The notes below the pieces were generated by a model. The model made no database searches. It was not told the origin of the DNA and worked only from the letters and a program-made list of their open reading frames with translations. From positions 36,847,190 to 36,899,795 of the forward strand of contig NC_068997.1 in the NCBI RefSeq assembly GCF_001194135.2: a stretch of 52,606 nt of DNA. Direction: 5' to 3'. This stretch comes from Octopus bimaculoides (taxonomy: Eukaryota). This document shows positions 35,791-49,869 of the stretch, piece after piece. The first letter of the stretch is position 1. Each line of letters begins with the position of its first letter. The position numbers and the translations under genes were made by a program.

Positions 35791-38700
35791 TCATCATCAT
35801 CATCATCATCGTTTAATGTCTGCTTCCATGGGTTGGACATTTGACTGATGATTGGTGAACCGGATGGCTGCACCAGGCTCCAGTCTGATCTGGCAGAGTT
35901 TCTACAGCTGGATGCCCTTCCTAACGCCAACCACTCCGAAAGTGTAGTGGTTGCTTTAACAGTCACGCTCAAAATGGTGTTTTTACATGCCACCTGCACA
36001 GGAGCCAGTCCAGCAGCACTGGCAATGAACTCGCTCGAATGATTTTCTAACATGCCACCAGCACAAGTGCCAGTAAGGCGACGCTAGTAACGATCATGCT
36101 CAAATGGTGCTATTTATGTGCCACTAGCATGGACGCCAGACAGCTGCTCTGGCAATGATCATGCTCGGACGGTGCTGTTAGTGCTCCACTGGCACAGGTG
36201 CCAGTCATCGAATATGGTTCAATTACGATTTCGATTTCACTTGCCCCAACAGGTCTTCGCAAGCAGAGTTTAGTGTCCAAAATGAAGTAAAGATATGTAT
36301 AAGTGAGCTGGCTACACTTCTGGCAGAGGCCACAGATTATGCTCTCACTTGGCTTGCCGGGTTTTCTCACGTACTGCATATTTCCAAATGTCACGGTCAC
36401 AAGTCATTGCCTCGGTGAGGCCTAAAGTTCAAAGGTCGTGCTTCACCACCTCATCCCAGGTCTTCCTGGGTTTGCCTCTTCCACAGGTTCTCTCAACCAC
36501 TAGGGTATGGCTCTTTTTCACACAGCTATCCTCATCCATTCTTGCCACATGACCATACCAGCGCAATCATCTCTCTAGCACACCACAACTGATGCTTCTT
36601 AGGTCTAACTTTTCTCTTAAGGTACTTACATTCTGTCGAGTATGCACACTGACATTACATATCCAGCAGAGCATACTGGCTTCGTTCCTTGCAAGCTTAC
36701 GCATGTCCTCAGCAGTCACAGCCCATGTTTCACTGCCATGTAGCTTCGCTGTTTGTACACATGCGTCATACTGTCTGCCTTTTACTCTGAGTGAGAGGCC
36801 CTTTGTCACCAGCAGAGGTAAGAGCTCTCTGAACTTTGCCCAGGCTATTCTTATTCTATTAGCTACACTTTCAGTGCACCCTCCCCAGCTACAAACTTGA
36901 TCACCTAGGTAGCGGAAGCTATCAACTAAGTCTAGTTTTTCTCCCTGGAATGTGGCAGAAGTTGTTTTCTGCACATTTTCAGTGTTTATTGCTCCTGAAC
37001 ATCTGCTACATACAAAAACTATCTTGCTAGTTAGCCTTCCTTTGATATTGCTGCACCTCTTATGTGTCCATAGCTTACACTGGGTACAGCTTATGGAGTT
37101 TCTACCTATACCTTTTCTACAGATCGAGCAGGGCCATCTACCTGAAGGGGCTTGTGCTTTGTCTACCTGCCTACTTATTAGGACTTTGGTTTTAGCTAGG
37201 TTGACTCTAAGGCCCTTCGATTTTAGTCCTTGCTTTCACACCTGAAACTTCTCCTCTAGTTCTGATAGTGACACAACAATTAGGGCAAGGTCATCAGCAT
37301 AAAGGAGATCCCAGAGACATCCTGTCTTGAATTCCTGTGTTATTGCCTGGAGGACTATGATAAATAGAAGGGGGCTGAGGACTGGACCTTAGTGGACCCT
37401 ACCTCTACCCAGAATTCTTCACTGTACTCGTTGCAAACCCTCATTTTACTGACAGCGTCCCTGTACATGGCTTGCACAGCTCTCACTAACCACTCATCTA
37501 TCCCTAGTTTCCTCATTGACCACCAGATAAGGGATCGGGAGACCCTGTCAAGGGCTTTCTCCATGTCAACGAAAGCCAGGTACAGAGGTTTATCTTTGGC
37601 TAGGTATTTATCCTGCAGCTGTCTTACCAGAAATATAGCATCAGTAGTGCTTTTCCCTGGAACGAACCCAAACTGCATCTCGTCTAAGCTGACTCTCTCC
37701 CTAATTAGTTCAGCTATGACCCTCTCAGTGACCTTCATTACCTGGTCCAACAATTTGATACCTCTGTAATTATTTGTATCTAAAGCGTCACCTTTACCTT
37801 TGTAGCAGTTGACTATGGTGCTGCTACACCAGTCATTGCGTATGACTCCTTCGTGTATCACCTGACTAGTCTATAGTCAACACTGCCAGATATTTTGAGC
37901 ATCTCTACAGTGATTCCTGATGGGCCGGGGGCTTTCCCTGTCTTCATACTCTTGATTGCTTTATCTACCAAGGTACTGTCAATTAGGATAGCTGGCCCCT
38001 CTGTTGGGTCGACATTTAGCAGACATTCTTCCTCCCATTCATTCTCTTTATTAAGCTACCTTTCATAGTGGCATCTCCAAACTTCTCTCTTTGCAGCCTC
38101 GTTTAGTGCAAGTGAACCATCATCCATGTGGACACATTTCTCTCCTACAACATCACGATTCTCTTTTGCACACACTGTCTTGCAACACGAAATGCTTCAA
38201 GTCTTTGGTCCTCATGGCGCAGAACATTGGCAAATTTTTTCTTATTTCTGGCTAAATAAACCTGTCTCCTAGCTTCCCTTCTGGCAGTCTGATACAATAT
38301 CCTGCTACCTCCGTTCTTCCAGTCCTTCCAAGCCTGTTTCTTTTGTCTAATAGCCCTGTCAACAACCTTGTTCCACCACCACGTTACTTTGGGTCGAGAG
38401 GGGACTTTGCACCATCCACATCTGGTCAGTGGCTCTCAGCAGGTTGTCCCTTAGAAACCTCCAATTGTCTTCCACATTATGTGATGCTATATCCCCTTCT
38501 ATTTTGTCAAAGACTTCGAGTAACACATCTCTGTCCATTTGCAGGATCTTTAAGCTTGCAGACCCTTTTCCTCCAAGCTGGTCTACTTCTGGGCATCCAT
38601 TTAGCCTTGATCCTGAAGTCGCTAACTACTAATCTGTGTTGAGGGCTACATTCTTCGCCTGGGATGGTTTTGGCATTTATAAGCAGTCCTCTTTCCCTTT

Positions 38701-39460
38701 TTCTGGCAAGGATGTAGTCAATTTGGCTAGTGTGTCTACCAGATCGGTAGGTGACTAGGTGACAGGCAGGTTTCCTGAAGTTAGCATTGCAAACCATAAG
38801 ATCATTTTCATTACAGAACTCCAGCAGTCTGGTTCAATCATTGTGGGAACCAAAGCCATAGCCTCCATGTACGCCATGAAAGCCTCCTGCATGTTGTTCA
38901 ATATGTCCATTGAAATCACCAACCGCAAAGAAAATGTTCCTGTCATTCGTCAATGAGGTAGTCTGCAAAAGGGTGTCATAAAATTGGTCTTTCTGCCCAT
39001 CCGGTCGCCCCGGTTGAGGGGCATAGGCCAAGATGACAGTAGCTAACCTATGATGAAGCACTTATCTAATCTTAAGTACTCTGTCACATATTCTGACTAC
39101 CTCGATTACCTTATCGACCCATTTCTCTGCAAGAAGTATTCCCATGCCCCCGATCCCATCAGTGTTCCCTGCCCAGAAAATCTTGTACCTGTGTTCTTTG
39201 CCTGTGAGGAACCTAGCGGAACCTCCTCTCCACCTTACTTCTTGGATGCAGCACAAATCTACGCGTCTCCGTTCAAGCATCTCAACAATCTCACCACACC
39301 TACCTTTCAGTGTGCCGACATTGAGAGTGCCAATTCTGAGGGTGTGGGAGGTGTGGGCCTGTGAGACCCTGGGATGGGGAACAGCAGTGTCATGTACCTG
39401 AAAAGAAAGCTTGCATTTAGCAGAATTCATAAACAGACAATAGCTTACAACCTGCATACG
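35791..39460 (-). mobile_element. RTE-clade LINE, near full length (APE + RT), multiply disrupted
   Basis: RIGTLNVGTLKGRCGEIVEMLERRRVDLCCIQEVRW, AYAPQPG, GDFNGH, QIDYILARK (APE). NYRGIKLLDQ and LAFVDMEKA (RT). (CAT)n tail at 35791-35810. Confidence 0.93.
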
Positions 39461-40299
39461 CTACACCATTTTTATGCACTATATGATCGATAAACCCTAG
39501 GTAGGGGTGGGGATGGCGTTAGGCCCTTAGAAGTGTTCGTGGGAGACAACCAAGGATGACAGAGGATAGGAACTTCCGGTAAAGGTGGAGGGGGTAGGAG
39601 GGCGGGCATACCGCGAGCCAGCAAGTTTGGGTGAGAGCCACTTCTGCACTTTTATACTATGGTAGACAAATTTAGAGAGAATGAATTAAAGGGATGATAA
39701 ACTTCAATAAAATAAAATAAAATAAAATAAAATAAAATAAAATAAAAAAATAAAATGGGACGATTAACAGAATGCATGAATTTAAGACAGACAAGGAAGA
39801 CGAATCTATCGGGCTATGTTTACATGGTAGAGAAATAGATAGATAAAGAATGGACGGGGTGGGGGGCATAGGGTTATGATCTACGCAGAAACAGGAGTAC
39901 ATGAATGAGGTTGAAAGAAAAAGTTCTTATCTATTCATCTTCTGGATTTCGTATTCTATCAGCAGAGGAATTCAAACACGATTCGGGGAAGTAGAATATT
40001 GAGCTGGTTTATATAGATTTAGGGTTGGGGGGTGGGGGAGAGATGGCGGACCAGGTGACACCATCTCATTCTATGTAAATCCTTATACTTTATTTTTATT
40101 TATTTATGTGTTTCAGCCAAGTGGCTGCGGTCTGTCTCCCTCTTTCATCAGCCTGGCAGCAAATAAAGAAATTATTCACGTGTTTTCACTGCACTACCGA
40201 GCACAGCTCTGTGTGCTTTGGGCATGTGCTGAGGTTTGTTGTGGTACTCTTATTTTACTTTACATAGGATGTGCACAGTGTCTAGTAGTGCTATTTTCT

Positions 40300-41630
40300 G
40301 TATGTTATATACATTTGTATGTCCTAGTGTTTTGGTTACGTATTTGTCTTTTTACTTTTTTATCATACCTAATGTACCTGCTATTTTAGGAATTGTTTCT
40401 GATTTTAGGCTCCACATTCAAGTTACCTCTATTTCCAGATCTTTGTGTTTTGAGAGCTCTATTTCTTTTAGAGATACATTGTCATCTGTTGGTATTGATA
40501 CATCGATTAGAGGCATTTTTTTTTTTCTTGGTGATCTCTGACAACCATATCTGGACCTTTTTTGGGGTGGGCCTATACCATCTTTTTTCTGTTGTCATTC
40601 CATAGTGTTGGCACTGCTTCCAGTGTATACAGATCCCAACTCTGTCATGTCTGTGAACATATTCCTTTTTAACCAGGACTGAACAGCCTGAGATAATATG
40701 ATTTATTGTTTCTTCTCCATTACCACATATTCTGCAGTTATTGGTATTTTTTCATTATGTGTTTTTGGTGATTTCTGGTGGGAAGGCTTTGATCTTGTGC
40801 TGCAATTAAAAATCCCTCAGTTTTTGCTTTGAATCCTGAGCTTCTTTACCACTGAGATTTTACTTTGTCTATTTCTTTTCTGTTTAGCTTAACCCAATAT
40901 TTTCGATGTAGGGGCTTTTCTTGCCATTGTTTTATCATATGTTGTTCTAGTTTTAGTTTGGATTTCAGTTGTTTTACAGCTTTTGTTGTTTCTTCTTTCT
41001 TGTATTTTTCAGCTTCCTTAGAAACAGAAAACAGTTTTTTGTTTTACTCAAGCTTTGTGGCTATTTGTACCAGTTTTCCTTGCTTCTGAATTAGGTATTT
41101 GTGTAATCCTATGGTGGTTATTTTGTAATAGTTTTCTAGCTGTATAAGGCTTCTACCACCTTCAGTACATTGCATATGTAACCTTTCTATGTCAGATTTT
41201 GGGTGATGCATCCTAAATTCTGTCATTATATCTCTTGTTTTCCTGTCTAGTTTGATTAGTTCATTTTGAGCCCAGTTAAGAATATTGTAGCTGTAACTTA
41301 TAACTGGGATGGCTAAAGTGTTGATACCTATTTTCTTGTCTTTTTTTTTTTGGCATTGAGCTCTGTTTTCAGTATTAGTCTAACTTGTCTATAGTATTCC
41401 TTTCTTATCTTCTCTTTCATCTGTGCGTGTTGTATCATATCTAGTTCATTGACTCCTAAGTACTTGTATGTCTTGCTTTGGTTTAATTCTCTTATTTCAT
41501 TTGCTTTATCTAGTGTGATATTGTTACTCATAACTAGTTTTCCCCTTTTCAAGGCTGCTTTAGCAGATTTTTCTAATCCAGATTTCATGTTTATTTCTTT
41601 GGTAAATCCATGCACTTGTTTATTTCTTTA
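40300..41630 (-). mobile_element. R4/Dong-clade LINE 3' half, decayed
   Basis: YKYLGVNELD..HAQMKEKIRKEYYRQVRLILKTELN, HHPKSDIERL, REL-like LIDVSIP motif. Confidence 0.8.
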
Positions 41631-41635
41631 TCATT

Positions 41636-41670
<35 letters not shown>

Positions 41671-42855
41671 TATTATCATCATTATTTTTATTATTATAGA
41701 TGTCACACAGTATACAATATTGTGAGGTTGTTGATTGAAGATATTGTATCTACCGGGGGTTTGTACTGTTTGTCAAGTCACAACAAGGACCTCAGACAGT
41801 CAGTACTTTACGCAATATATGTGCAGTTCCAAGTAATGTCGATTTTTGCAATACGTCTAGATTGTTGGGTATTTCTAAGGTTTTCAGATGTTTTTTTCAG
41901 ATTGGGTGGTATTGGACCCAATGCTCCAATGACAATAGGGATAACCTTTATGTTCAACTCTCGTAGCTGCCACATCTTAGCGATCCCAATTGTCAGGTCT
42001 CCATACTTATCAACCTCTTCCCTTTCTTTCAGGATGATTTGTTCATCTGGCACTGCTAAGTCGATTATTAGGCACTCTTGTTTGTTCCTCCTAAAGGAGC
42101 CTTCAGTTCTCTAACACTTTGTCTGTCTCGAAATCAGAGTCCCAGAGGATTTTTGCCTTCTCCTTTTCGTCCATTACCTTTTCCAGTGTATGTTGGTACC
42201 AAGCACCTATGACCTCATATCCATACTTATGGCATAGTAGCCAGTGGAGGTTTTGGGCTACTTTGTCATGTCTACATTTGTACTCTTTTTGTGCAAGACT
42301 TTGACAAGCACTAACAATGTGAGTCACACTTTCAACCCTCTTCCCACACATTCTGCAGAGGTCCGATGCACTTGTGTGGTATATATTCTTCTTCACTGAG
42401 TTGGTATTCAATGATTAGGCTTTCAGTATTCTTTTTTTAGGTCACCCTTGCTGAGCCACCTCCATGATGCTTCCTGGTCTTTAAGTTGTTTGTTTCACAG
42501 TGGAACTGACCATGTGATTCCATTCGGAGTAGAGTTTCTTCTCTCACGTTGGCTATCCCTGATTGGAATTCATTAGCACTCTCAAGTTCATTTTTGGTAT
42601 ATCCTTCTGCATAAACAGCAGGTCTTGTTTGCTGTTTACCAAATAATCTGCCATGTTTCTTCTTTCACTGTTGATGCACTCCCATACGCTAATCAGCCCA
42701 CGTCCACCCTTACCTCTATTCATGTAGAGCCTGTGTACATTTGCTTTAGGGTGGATGGCACCATGCATTGTCATTGTCTTTTGGGTAGTGCGATTGAGCT
42801 GGTCAATCTCCACTTGTGTCCATCTCATGATGGGTGCACTATAGTGAACTACAAC
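41631..42855 (-). mobile_element. Second R4/Dong-family 3' fragment with (ATA/ATG)n tail
   Basis: CRMCGKRVESVTHIVSACQSLAQKEYKCRHDKVA (CCHC), AVPDEQIILKEREEVDKYGDL..KVIPIVIGALG (REL). Microsatellite tail at 41631-41697. Confidence 0.85.
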
Positions 42856-42856
42856 T

Positions 42857-45800
42857 CTTTTAAAAAAGTGTCCACAAAACACTCTGCCTGTCTGTCTATT
42901 TGAACTGGGATGGTAAGGTGCTATCATTTTATGTTCTACCATGAACATTATGCAGAATTTTCTAAATTTACTGGACACAAATTATGTTCCATTCACAACA
43001 TTCTTTTTTGTAGAGTCTCAAGTATCACTACCTTTTGACCATACGTCGTACGCCATTGAATGTTGAATATATGTTTACATCTTGTTCGTTTTTTCTTACC
43101 GAACCTTTCTTTGTTTACATTGGCTGACCACAAAATTATTTTTGTTTCATTAATGAACTTGTCTTTTGACATGCATTGCTTATCTCTTCCAGAGTTATTG
43201 GTAACTTTCATACAATGTTCCACATTATGTGTTTAATTCCCCACTCAGCACTTAGGGCTGCTGTTACTGTGACCTTCAATGGTTCACCATTTCTGGGTAT
43301 TAACCTGGATAGGCTGTCAGCATGTCCTAGCTTTTATGAAGGTAAATATTCCATAGAAAACTTGTAGTTTAGTAGTATGGTGTCCCATCATTGCAACTTG
43401 TTTGCTGTATGTACTGGGATTCCTTTCTTGGATCCATAAATTGTTAGCAACTGGCGATGGTCTGTTTGTAATCAAAACTGTCTACCGTGTATACACCTGT
43501 GGAACTTTTTTATGCCAAATAGAATTGCCAATGCCTCTTTTTCAATTTGGCTATAATTTCTTTTTGCTGGCAATAACTTCCTTGATGCATGAGCTATGGC
43601 CTTTTGGCTGCCATATTCACATTTATGTAGGAGTACGGCACCTACCTCATACTCACTAGCATTTGTTGCCAGTATTGTTTCCAACTTTGGATTGAAGTAA
43701 GTGACAAATCTGAAGTTAACATGCTTTTTAGTTCCTCAAATGCCTTCTGGCATTTTTCTGACCAAAACCATTTGACATCCTTTTTTAACAGCTCATTTAG
43801 TGGATCTCTTGTGTGGTGTATGTTTGGGATAAACACTTGATAGTAGTTTGCCAATCCTAAAACTGCTTGTTACAATTTGATATTCATTGGGGGAGGTATA
43901 TTCTATATTGCCATCACCCTTGATGGGTCTGGTCTTTTTCCCTTTCGTTAATTACTTGACCCAAATATTTGATTTTTTTTCATCAAAAATTCACACTTTT
44001 CCTCTGTTAGTCTAAACCCACATTCATTTATTTTTTAATATGTTTGAAGTATTGCTCCACTGACTTGCTCTTTATCAAAATATCATTGAGATAAGTGATG
44101 GTGAAGTTGCAATCATTTAATATTGTGTTCATCACTTATAAGAACACAGCAGGTGCCACTTTTGCTCCAAAAGGTAGCTGCTTGAATTTATACAATCCAC
44201 GGTGTGTGTTGATTGTTAAAAGGTGTGTATAATCTTCCTCTCCCTGTATCTGTAGACAGGCCTCTGAGAGGTCTAACTTCAAGAAAATTTTCCCTCAATT
44301 TAGTTTTGAGAACACTTCTGGGCTTGGTAATGGATAGTTATCTTTGAGAAAACAGTCATTTAATCCAGTTGAAAAGTCCGCATACACTCTTAGTTTATTT
44401 TTTTTCTTTACATAAACTGCTTAGTCTGAATGGTTGACTTTTTCAATTATAGCTAGACTTCCTAGGCTTCCTAGATCTTTACTGACCTGGCCCAACATTG
44501 CAAATGGCATGTTCTGTTTGAGCCTAAAAATAGGTGATGCCTGTTCTTTTACCATGATCCTTGCTTTTAGTGCAACAACCTAATCCTTCCTAAAAACATT
44601 TGGAAACAATTTTTCAATTTTTTGTCTCTGTTGTTCGACTTCATTTCCACAGAGAACACTAATGGGGGTATCCCATATTTTAAATAACTCCATGCATTCT
44701 GTGCCAAATAGGTTTATGGATTTTTTCAACACATAAATGATTGTCCTTTTCATTTCACCTTGAAAAGTTACATTGCAAATACATTTGCCAATGAAATATA
44801 ATTTCTTTCCTGTAACACCATATGCTACTTTATTTGATTTAAATAAATTTCAGCTTACTGATTTGTTGCCATGTTTCTTCATTTATGATAGTGATGTCAC
44901 TACCCATGTCTAATTGCATTTTGACACTAGAGGTTTTGATTCTCACCTTGATGAATTTTCTGCTTATTTTTTTCTCTGATACTTTTTTCTCTGATACTTT
45001 TTTCTCTGATGACAAACTATTTATTTTTTCATCATCTTATTTCTGCAATGCGATTTAATGTGTGCTGCGTTCCCACAATGAAAACACTTTGCTTTTTTGA
45101 ATGGACACTCTTTTCTCAGGTGCCTACCACCACATGCCATACATGGTTTTATCTCCTGATATATATTATGTTTTTGTGAAACACTTTATCCATCTTCTGA
45201 CTTTTTCGCACTGGTTTTATCTGTAAGCAATTTCTTCATTGGATTTCTTCTGTGTCGTCGTCTTACTTTTAATATCCTGTCACAGTCTTCTGACAATTTC
45301 TGGAGAGTTATATTCTGGTTCATTTCCAGTTTTGCAAGAATTTTCATTCTGACTTTCATGTCCTTTTTAGCAGTAAGTCCCTGAGCAAAAATCAAGTGCT
45401 CGAACAAGTCTGCAGTTAGATTATCCAGTTTAAATCTCTTGCACTCTCTGTTCACTCTACCCGCATATGTAGTAAAGATTTTGTCATAGCTTTTCTCAGT
45501 GTTCAAACATTTCCAAAGTGTGTTGAACAACAATGTTTTTTCACTAAACATCCTACATAGAATTTTTTAACATCATCTGTGTGAATTGTTTATTTTCTCA
45601 TGAAAAAAATGCTTTTTTCAATGTCGTCTGCATGAATTCTTTCTATCCTCATTGCCACTCTTATAATATGGATACTCACCCACTTGAATGTTATTGTTAG
45701 CACTGTAATATTCTTGTTGCCACTAATATGTTGTGGTGGTATTCTGCATCTTATTATCTTTGACTTGTCTATTGTGGTATCGCTGATAGCTCTGCAAGAC

Positions 45801-45960
45801 AATGACTTTGAAATGTCTACCTTGATGGTAACTTGAATTCGTATATATCACGTAACTGGCACTGACTCTGAGAACTCATAGAACAACTTTACTACTACTG
45901 ACCTTCTACAACGACTTACTGTCTGACTTTATAATGGCTGTGTCATACCACTTTGTCACA
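42857..45960 (-). mobile_element. Gypsy/Ty3 LTR retrotransposon (Mag-like), decayed; 3' end lost
   Basis: gag-like ORF 45186-45551 and a zinc-knuckle remnant near 45100-45160. RT/connector IPNIHHTRDPLNELLKKDVKWFWS. RNase H TNASEYEVGAVL..YSQIEKEALAILFGIKKFH. Integrase APYHPSSNRQ. Possible 5' LTR begins TGTGAC at 45960. Confidence 0.85.
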
Positions 45961-46067
45961 TGGGAAAGGGTGTACCATTTTCACTACAACATTGATGTAA
46001 TCGACAATTTCAGGCTTCGTGCCTATTGTAGAAAGGATTATCATCATCGTTGTCATTATTATTGTTG

Positions 46068-46119
<52 letters not shown>

Positions 46120-46156
46120 CAGCATCATCATTATTATTTGATATTTCCACATGCAG

Positions 46157-46217
46157 AAACTGTGTAAAACTTAATGGCTCTATCACATCAATTTCTTTGC
46201 GAGGTCCAGGACATCAG
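46157..46217 (+). CDS. CFAP52: CFAP52/WDR16 internal coding exon (61 nt)
   Basis: ccacatgcag|A AAC TGT GTA...CAT CAG|gtgagt. AA+A gives Lys, then NCVKLNGSITSISLRGPGHQ, resembling CFAP52 KIQLQGGITSITLRGEGHQ. Follows a 21.3-kb intron (24852-46156). Confidence 0.9.
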
Positions 46218-46289
46218 GTGAGTACAGCATTAAATATTTAATTCATGGAGATACAGTGATATATTTTGGGCCTACAGGCCAAAGGTGGC

Positions 46290-49015
46290 AACCAGTTAAC
46301 TTAGAATGGCTGAAAAACAACTATCACTGGAGTTCTGGGATGAAAATGACCTTATGATCTGTAACACTAATTTCAGGAAACTGGCCAGTCACCTGTTCAC
46401 CTATCAATCTGGTGGTCACACAAGCCATATTGACTACATTCTTACTAGAAAATAGGAAAAGTAGCTGCTTATAACTGCAAAGACCTCTCCAGGAGAATGG
46501 TGCATTCCGTCTCATAGGTTAGTTGTTAGTGACTTCAGACTTTGGGCTAGAAGGATGCCAAGAAACAAACCAGTCTGAAAAAGAAAGATCTGGAAGCTTA
46601 AGGATCTTCTGAATAGGCAATGAAAGCAACTGGAGGTTCCTGTGGGACAACTTAATGAAGTCCACTGACCAAATTTGTTGCTGGTACAAAGTCCCAAGCA
46701 GATCTAAGGGGACATAATGGTGGAACAATGTAGTGGACAGGGCCATTAGAGCAAAGAAACAGGCTTTGAAGGACTGGAAGAGTAGTAGCAGCAGAAGCCT
46801 ATACCAGGTAGCTAGAAGGGAAGCTAGAACATAGGCATATTTAGCTGGATGAGATGGTAAAAGGGAGAAGTTTGCCAATGTTTTTCAGCATGAGAACCAG
46901 AGGCTTGAGGTGTTTTAGGTTGCAAGAATGTGTTTGAGAAAATTGTAATGTAGGAGAGAAGTGTGCTTGCATAGATGATGGTTCACTTGCACTTAGTGAT
47001 TCTGCAAAGAGGTTTGGAAGTGCCACTATGAAAGGCTGCTAAATATACAGAACGCATGGGAGAAGGAGAGTCTGCCTAATGTGGACCCAACAGAGGAACT
47101 GGCTATCCAAATCAACAGTAGCTTGGTAGATAAAGCAATTATGAATATAAAGACAGGAAACCCCCAGCCCAACAACAATCACTGATGAGATGCTTAAAAT
47201 ATATGGAGAAGTGGGATATGGTCTAGTTACTTTACTAGGAAAATAACAGTTGGAGAATACTTCTCCAACTGTTTGAGAAGTATTTAGTTCCAAATAAACT
47301 TCTGTACTTGGCTTTTGCTTACATGGATAAAGCCTTTGCTAGGGTCCTTCAAACCCTTATCTGGTGGTCAATGCAGAAACTGGGGATAGACAAATGTTGG
47401 CAAGAACTGTACAAACACTGCACTGGGATGCTGTCAGTAAGGTGAGGGTTGGCAATGAGTATAGTGAAGAATGCCGGGTAATAGTAGGGGTTCACCAAGG
47501 ATCAATCCTCAGCCCCCTCTTATTCATTATAGTCCTCCAGGCAATAACAGAGGAATTCAGGACAGGTTGCTCCTGGGAGCTCCTTTATGCTGATGACCTT
47601 GCTTTAATAGCTGAGAACTAGAGACGAAGTTTAGGGTGTGGAAGCAAGGTCTAGAATCGAAGGACCTTAGCAAAAACCAGTCTAGTAAGTAGGAAGGCAG
47701 TCAAATCACAATCCCCTTCAGCTAGGTGGCCTTGTTCTATCTGCAGAAAATGTGTGGCTAGAAACTCCATATGATGTACCTCGTGTAAGCTATGGATGCA
47801 TAAAAGGTGCAGCAATATCAAAGGAAGGCTAAGTGGGAAAATAGTTTTTGTGTGTGACAGATGCACTGGGGCAATAAACATTGAAGATGTATAGAAAACA
47901 AAATCCATCACATGCCAGGGGGAGAAACTAGAAGTAGTTGATAGCTTCCGCTACCTAGGCAACCAAGTCTGTAGTGGGTGTGGTTGCTCTGAGAGTGCAG
48001 TGACTAGAGTAAGAATAGCCTGGGCAAAGTTCAGGTAGCTCTTACCTCTGCTGGCTACTAAGGGCCTCTCACTCATGGTGAAAGGTAGACTATATGAGGC
48101 ATGTGTGCGAACTGCCATGCTACACAGCAGTGAAACATGGGCCATGAATGCTGAGGACATGTGTAGTTTTGAAGGAAGTGAAGCTAGTATGATCCGCTGG
48201 ATGTGTAATGTCAGTGTGCATACACGACAGAGTGTAAGTGCCCTGAGAGAAAAGTTGGGCATAAGAATCATCAAATGTGGTGTGCAAGAGAGGCAACTGC
48301 ACTGGTATGGTCATGTGTTAGGTATGAATGAAAACAGCTGTGTGAGGAAATACCACGCCCTAACTGTAGAAAGAACCTGTGGAAGAGGTAGACCCAGGAA
48401 GACATGGGACGAGGTGGTGAAGCATGACCTTCGAACATTGGGCCTCACAGAGGCAATGACAGGAGACCGGGATCATTGGAGACATGCTGTGATTGAAAAG
48501 ACCTGGCAACTAAAGTGAGATCGCAGCCACGCATGTCCGGCCCTGTTAAGAATACCCCATATACGTGAGAAGACCTGTTGAGTCAAGTAAAACCAATACT
48601 GTAGCTGTAGCCAGTTCCTTCTCCCTGTGCTGGTGGCACATAAAAAGCACCAACCGAATGTGGCTGATGCCAGTAACTCCACACTGGCACCTGTGCTGGT
48701 GGCACATAAAAAGCATCATCCGAACATGGTTGATGCCAGATCAGCCTTACTGGCCTCCATGCTCATGGCACGCAAAATGCACTATCGGAACATGATCGAT
48801 GCCAGGCCCACTTGACTGGCTCCTGTGCTGGTGGCATGTAAAAAGCACCCACTAAACTCTCAGTGATGGGCGTTAGGAAGGGCATCCAGCTGTAGAAACA
48901 TTGCCAGATCAGATTGGAGCCTCATGTAGCTGCTGGCTTTCCAGACCTCTGTTAAACCGTCCAACCCATGCCAGCATGGAAAACGGACATTAAATGATGA
49001 TGAACATGATGATGA
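46290..49015 (+). mobile_element. RTE-clade LINE with internal deletions and (GAT)n-like tail
   Basis: GVHQGSILSPLLF, LYADDLAL, KGRLYEACVRTAMLHSSETW, GRGRPRKTWDEVVKHD. Same 3' UTR as the copies at 21-23 kb and 36-39 kb. Confidence 0.92.
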
Positions 49016-49869
49016 CATATATATATATACATATACACACATAAACATACCTANNNNNNNNNNNNNNNNNNNNNNNNNNNNNNNNNNNNNNNNNNNNNNN
49101 NNNNNNNNNNNNNNNNNNNNNNNNNNNNNNNNNNNNNNNNNNNNNNNNNNNNNNNNNNNNNNNNNNNNNNNNNNNNNNNNNNNNNNNNNNNNNNNNNNNN
49201 NNNNNNNNNNNNNNNNNNNNNNNNNNNNNNNNNNNNNNNNNNNNNNNNNNNNNNNNNNNNNNNNNNNNNNNNNNNNNNNNNNNNNNNNNNNNNNNNNNNN
49301 NNNNNNNNNNNNNNNNNNNNNNNNNNNNNNNNNNNNNNNNNNNNNNNNNNNNNNNNNNNNNNNNNNNNNNNNNNNNNNNNNNNNNNNNNNNNNNNNNNNN
49401 NNNNNNNNNNNNNNNNNNNNNNNNNNNNNNNNNNNNNNNNNNNNNNNNNNNNNNNNNNNNNNNNNNNNNNNNNNNNNNNNNNNNNNNNNNNNNNNNNNNN
49501 NNNNNNNNNNNNNNNNNNNNNNNNNNNNNNNNNNNNNNNNNNNNNNNNNNNNNNNNNNNNNNNNNNNNNNNNNNNNNNNNNNNNNNNNNNNNNNNNNNNN
49601 NNNNNNNNNNNNNNNNNNNNNNNNNNNNNNNNNNNNNNNNNNNNNNNNNNNNNNNNNNNNNNNNNNNNNNNNNNNNNNNNNNNNNNNNNNNNNNNNNNNN
49701 NNNNNNNNNNNNNNNNNNNNNNNNNNNNNNNNNNNNNNNNNNNNNNNNNNNNNNNNNNNNNNNNNNNNNNNNNNNNNNNNNNNNNNNNNNNNNNNNNNNN
49801 NNNNNNNNNNNNNNNNNNNNNNNNNNNNNNNNNNNNNNNNNNNNNNNNNNNNNNNNNNNNNNNNNNNNA

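Noticed and set aside
42553-42978. ORF fusing a Gypsy integrase piece (APYHPSSN) in frame to an R4 RT C-terminal piece
   Set aside because: Chance in-frame junction of two decayed elements at about 42856. Both parts are fragments and the surrounding frames are full of stops.
46121-46156. Alternative AG acceptor at 46121-46122 upstream of the 61-nt exon
   Set aside because: It would add 34 nt and shift the frame, and there is no evidence of use.
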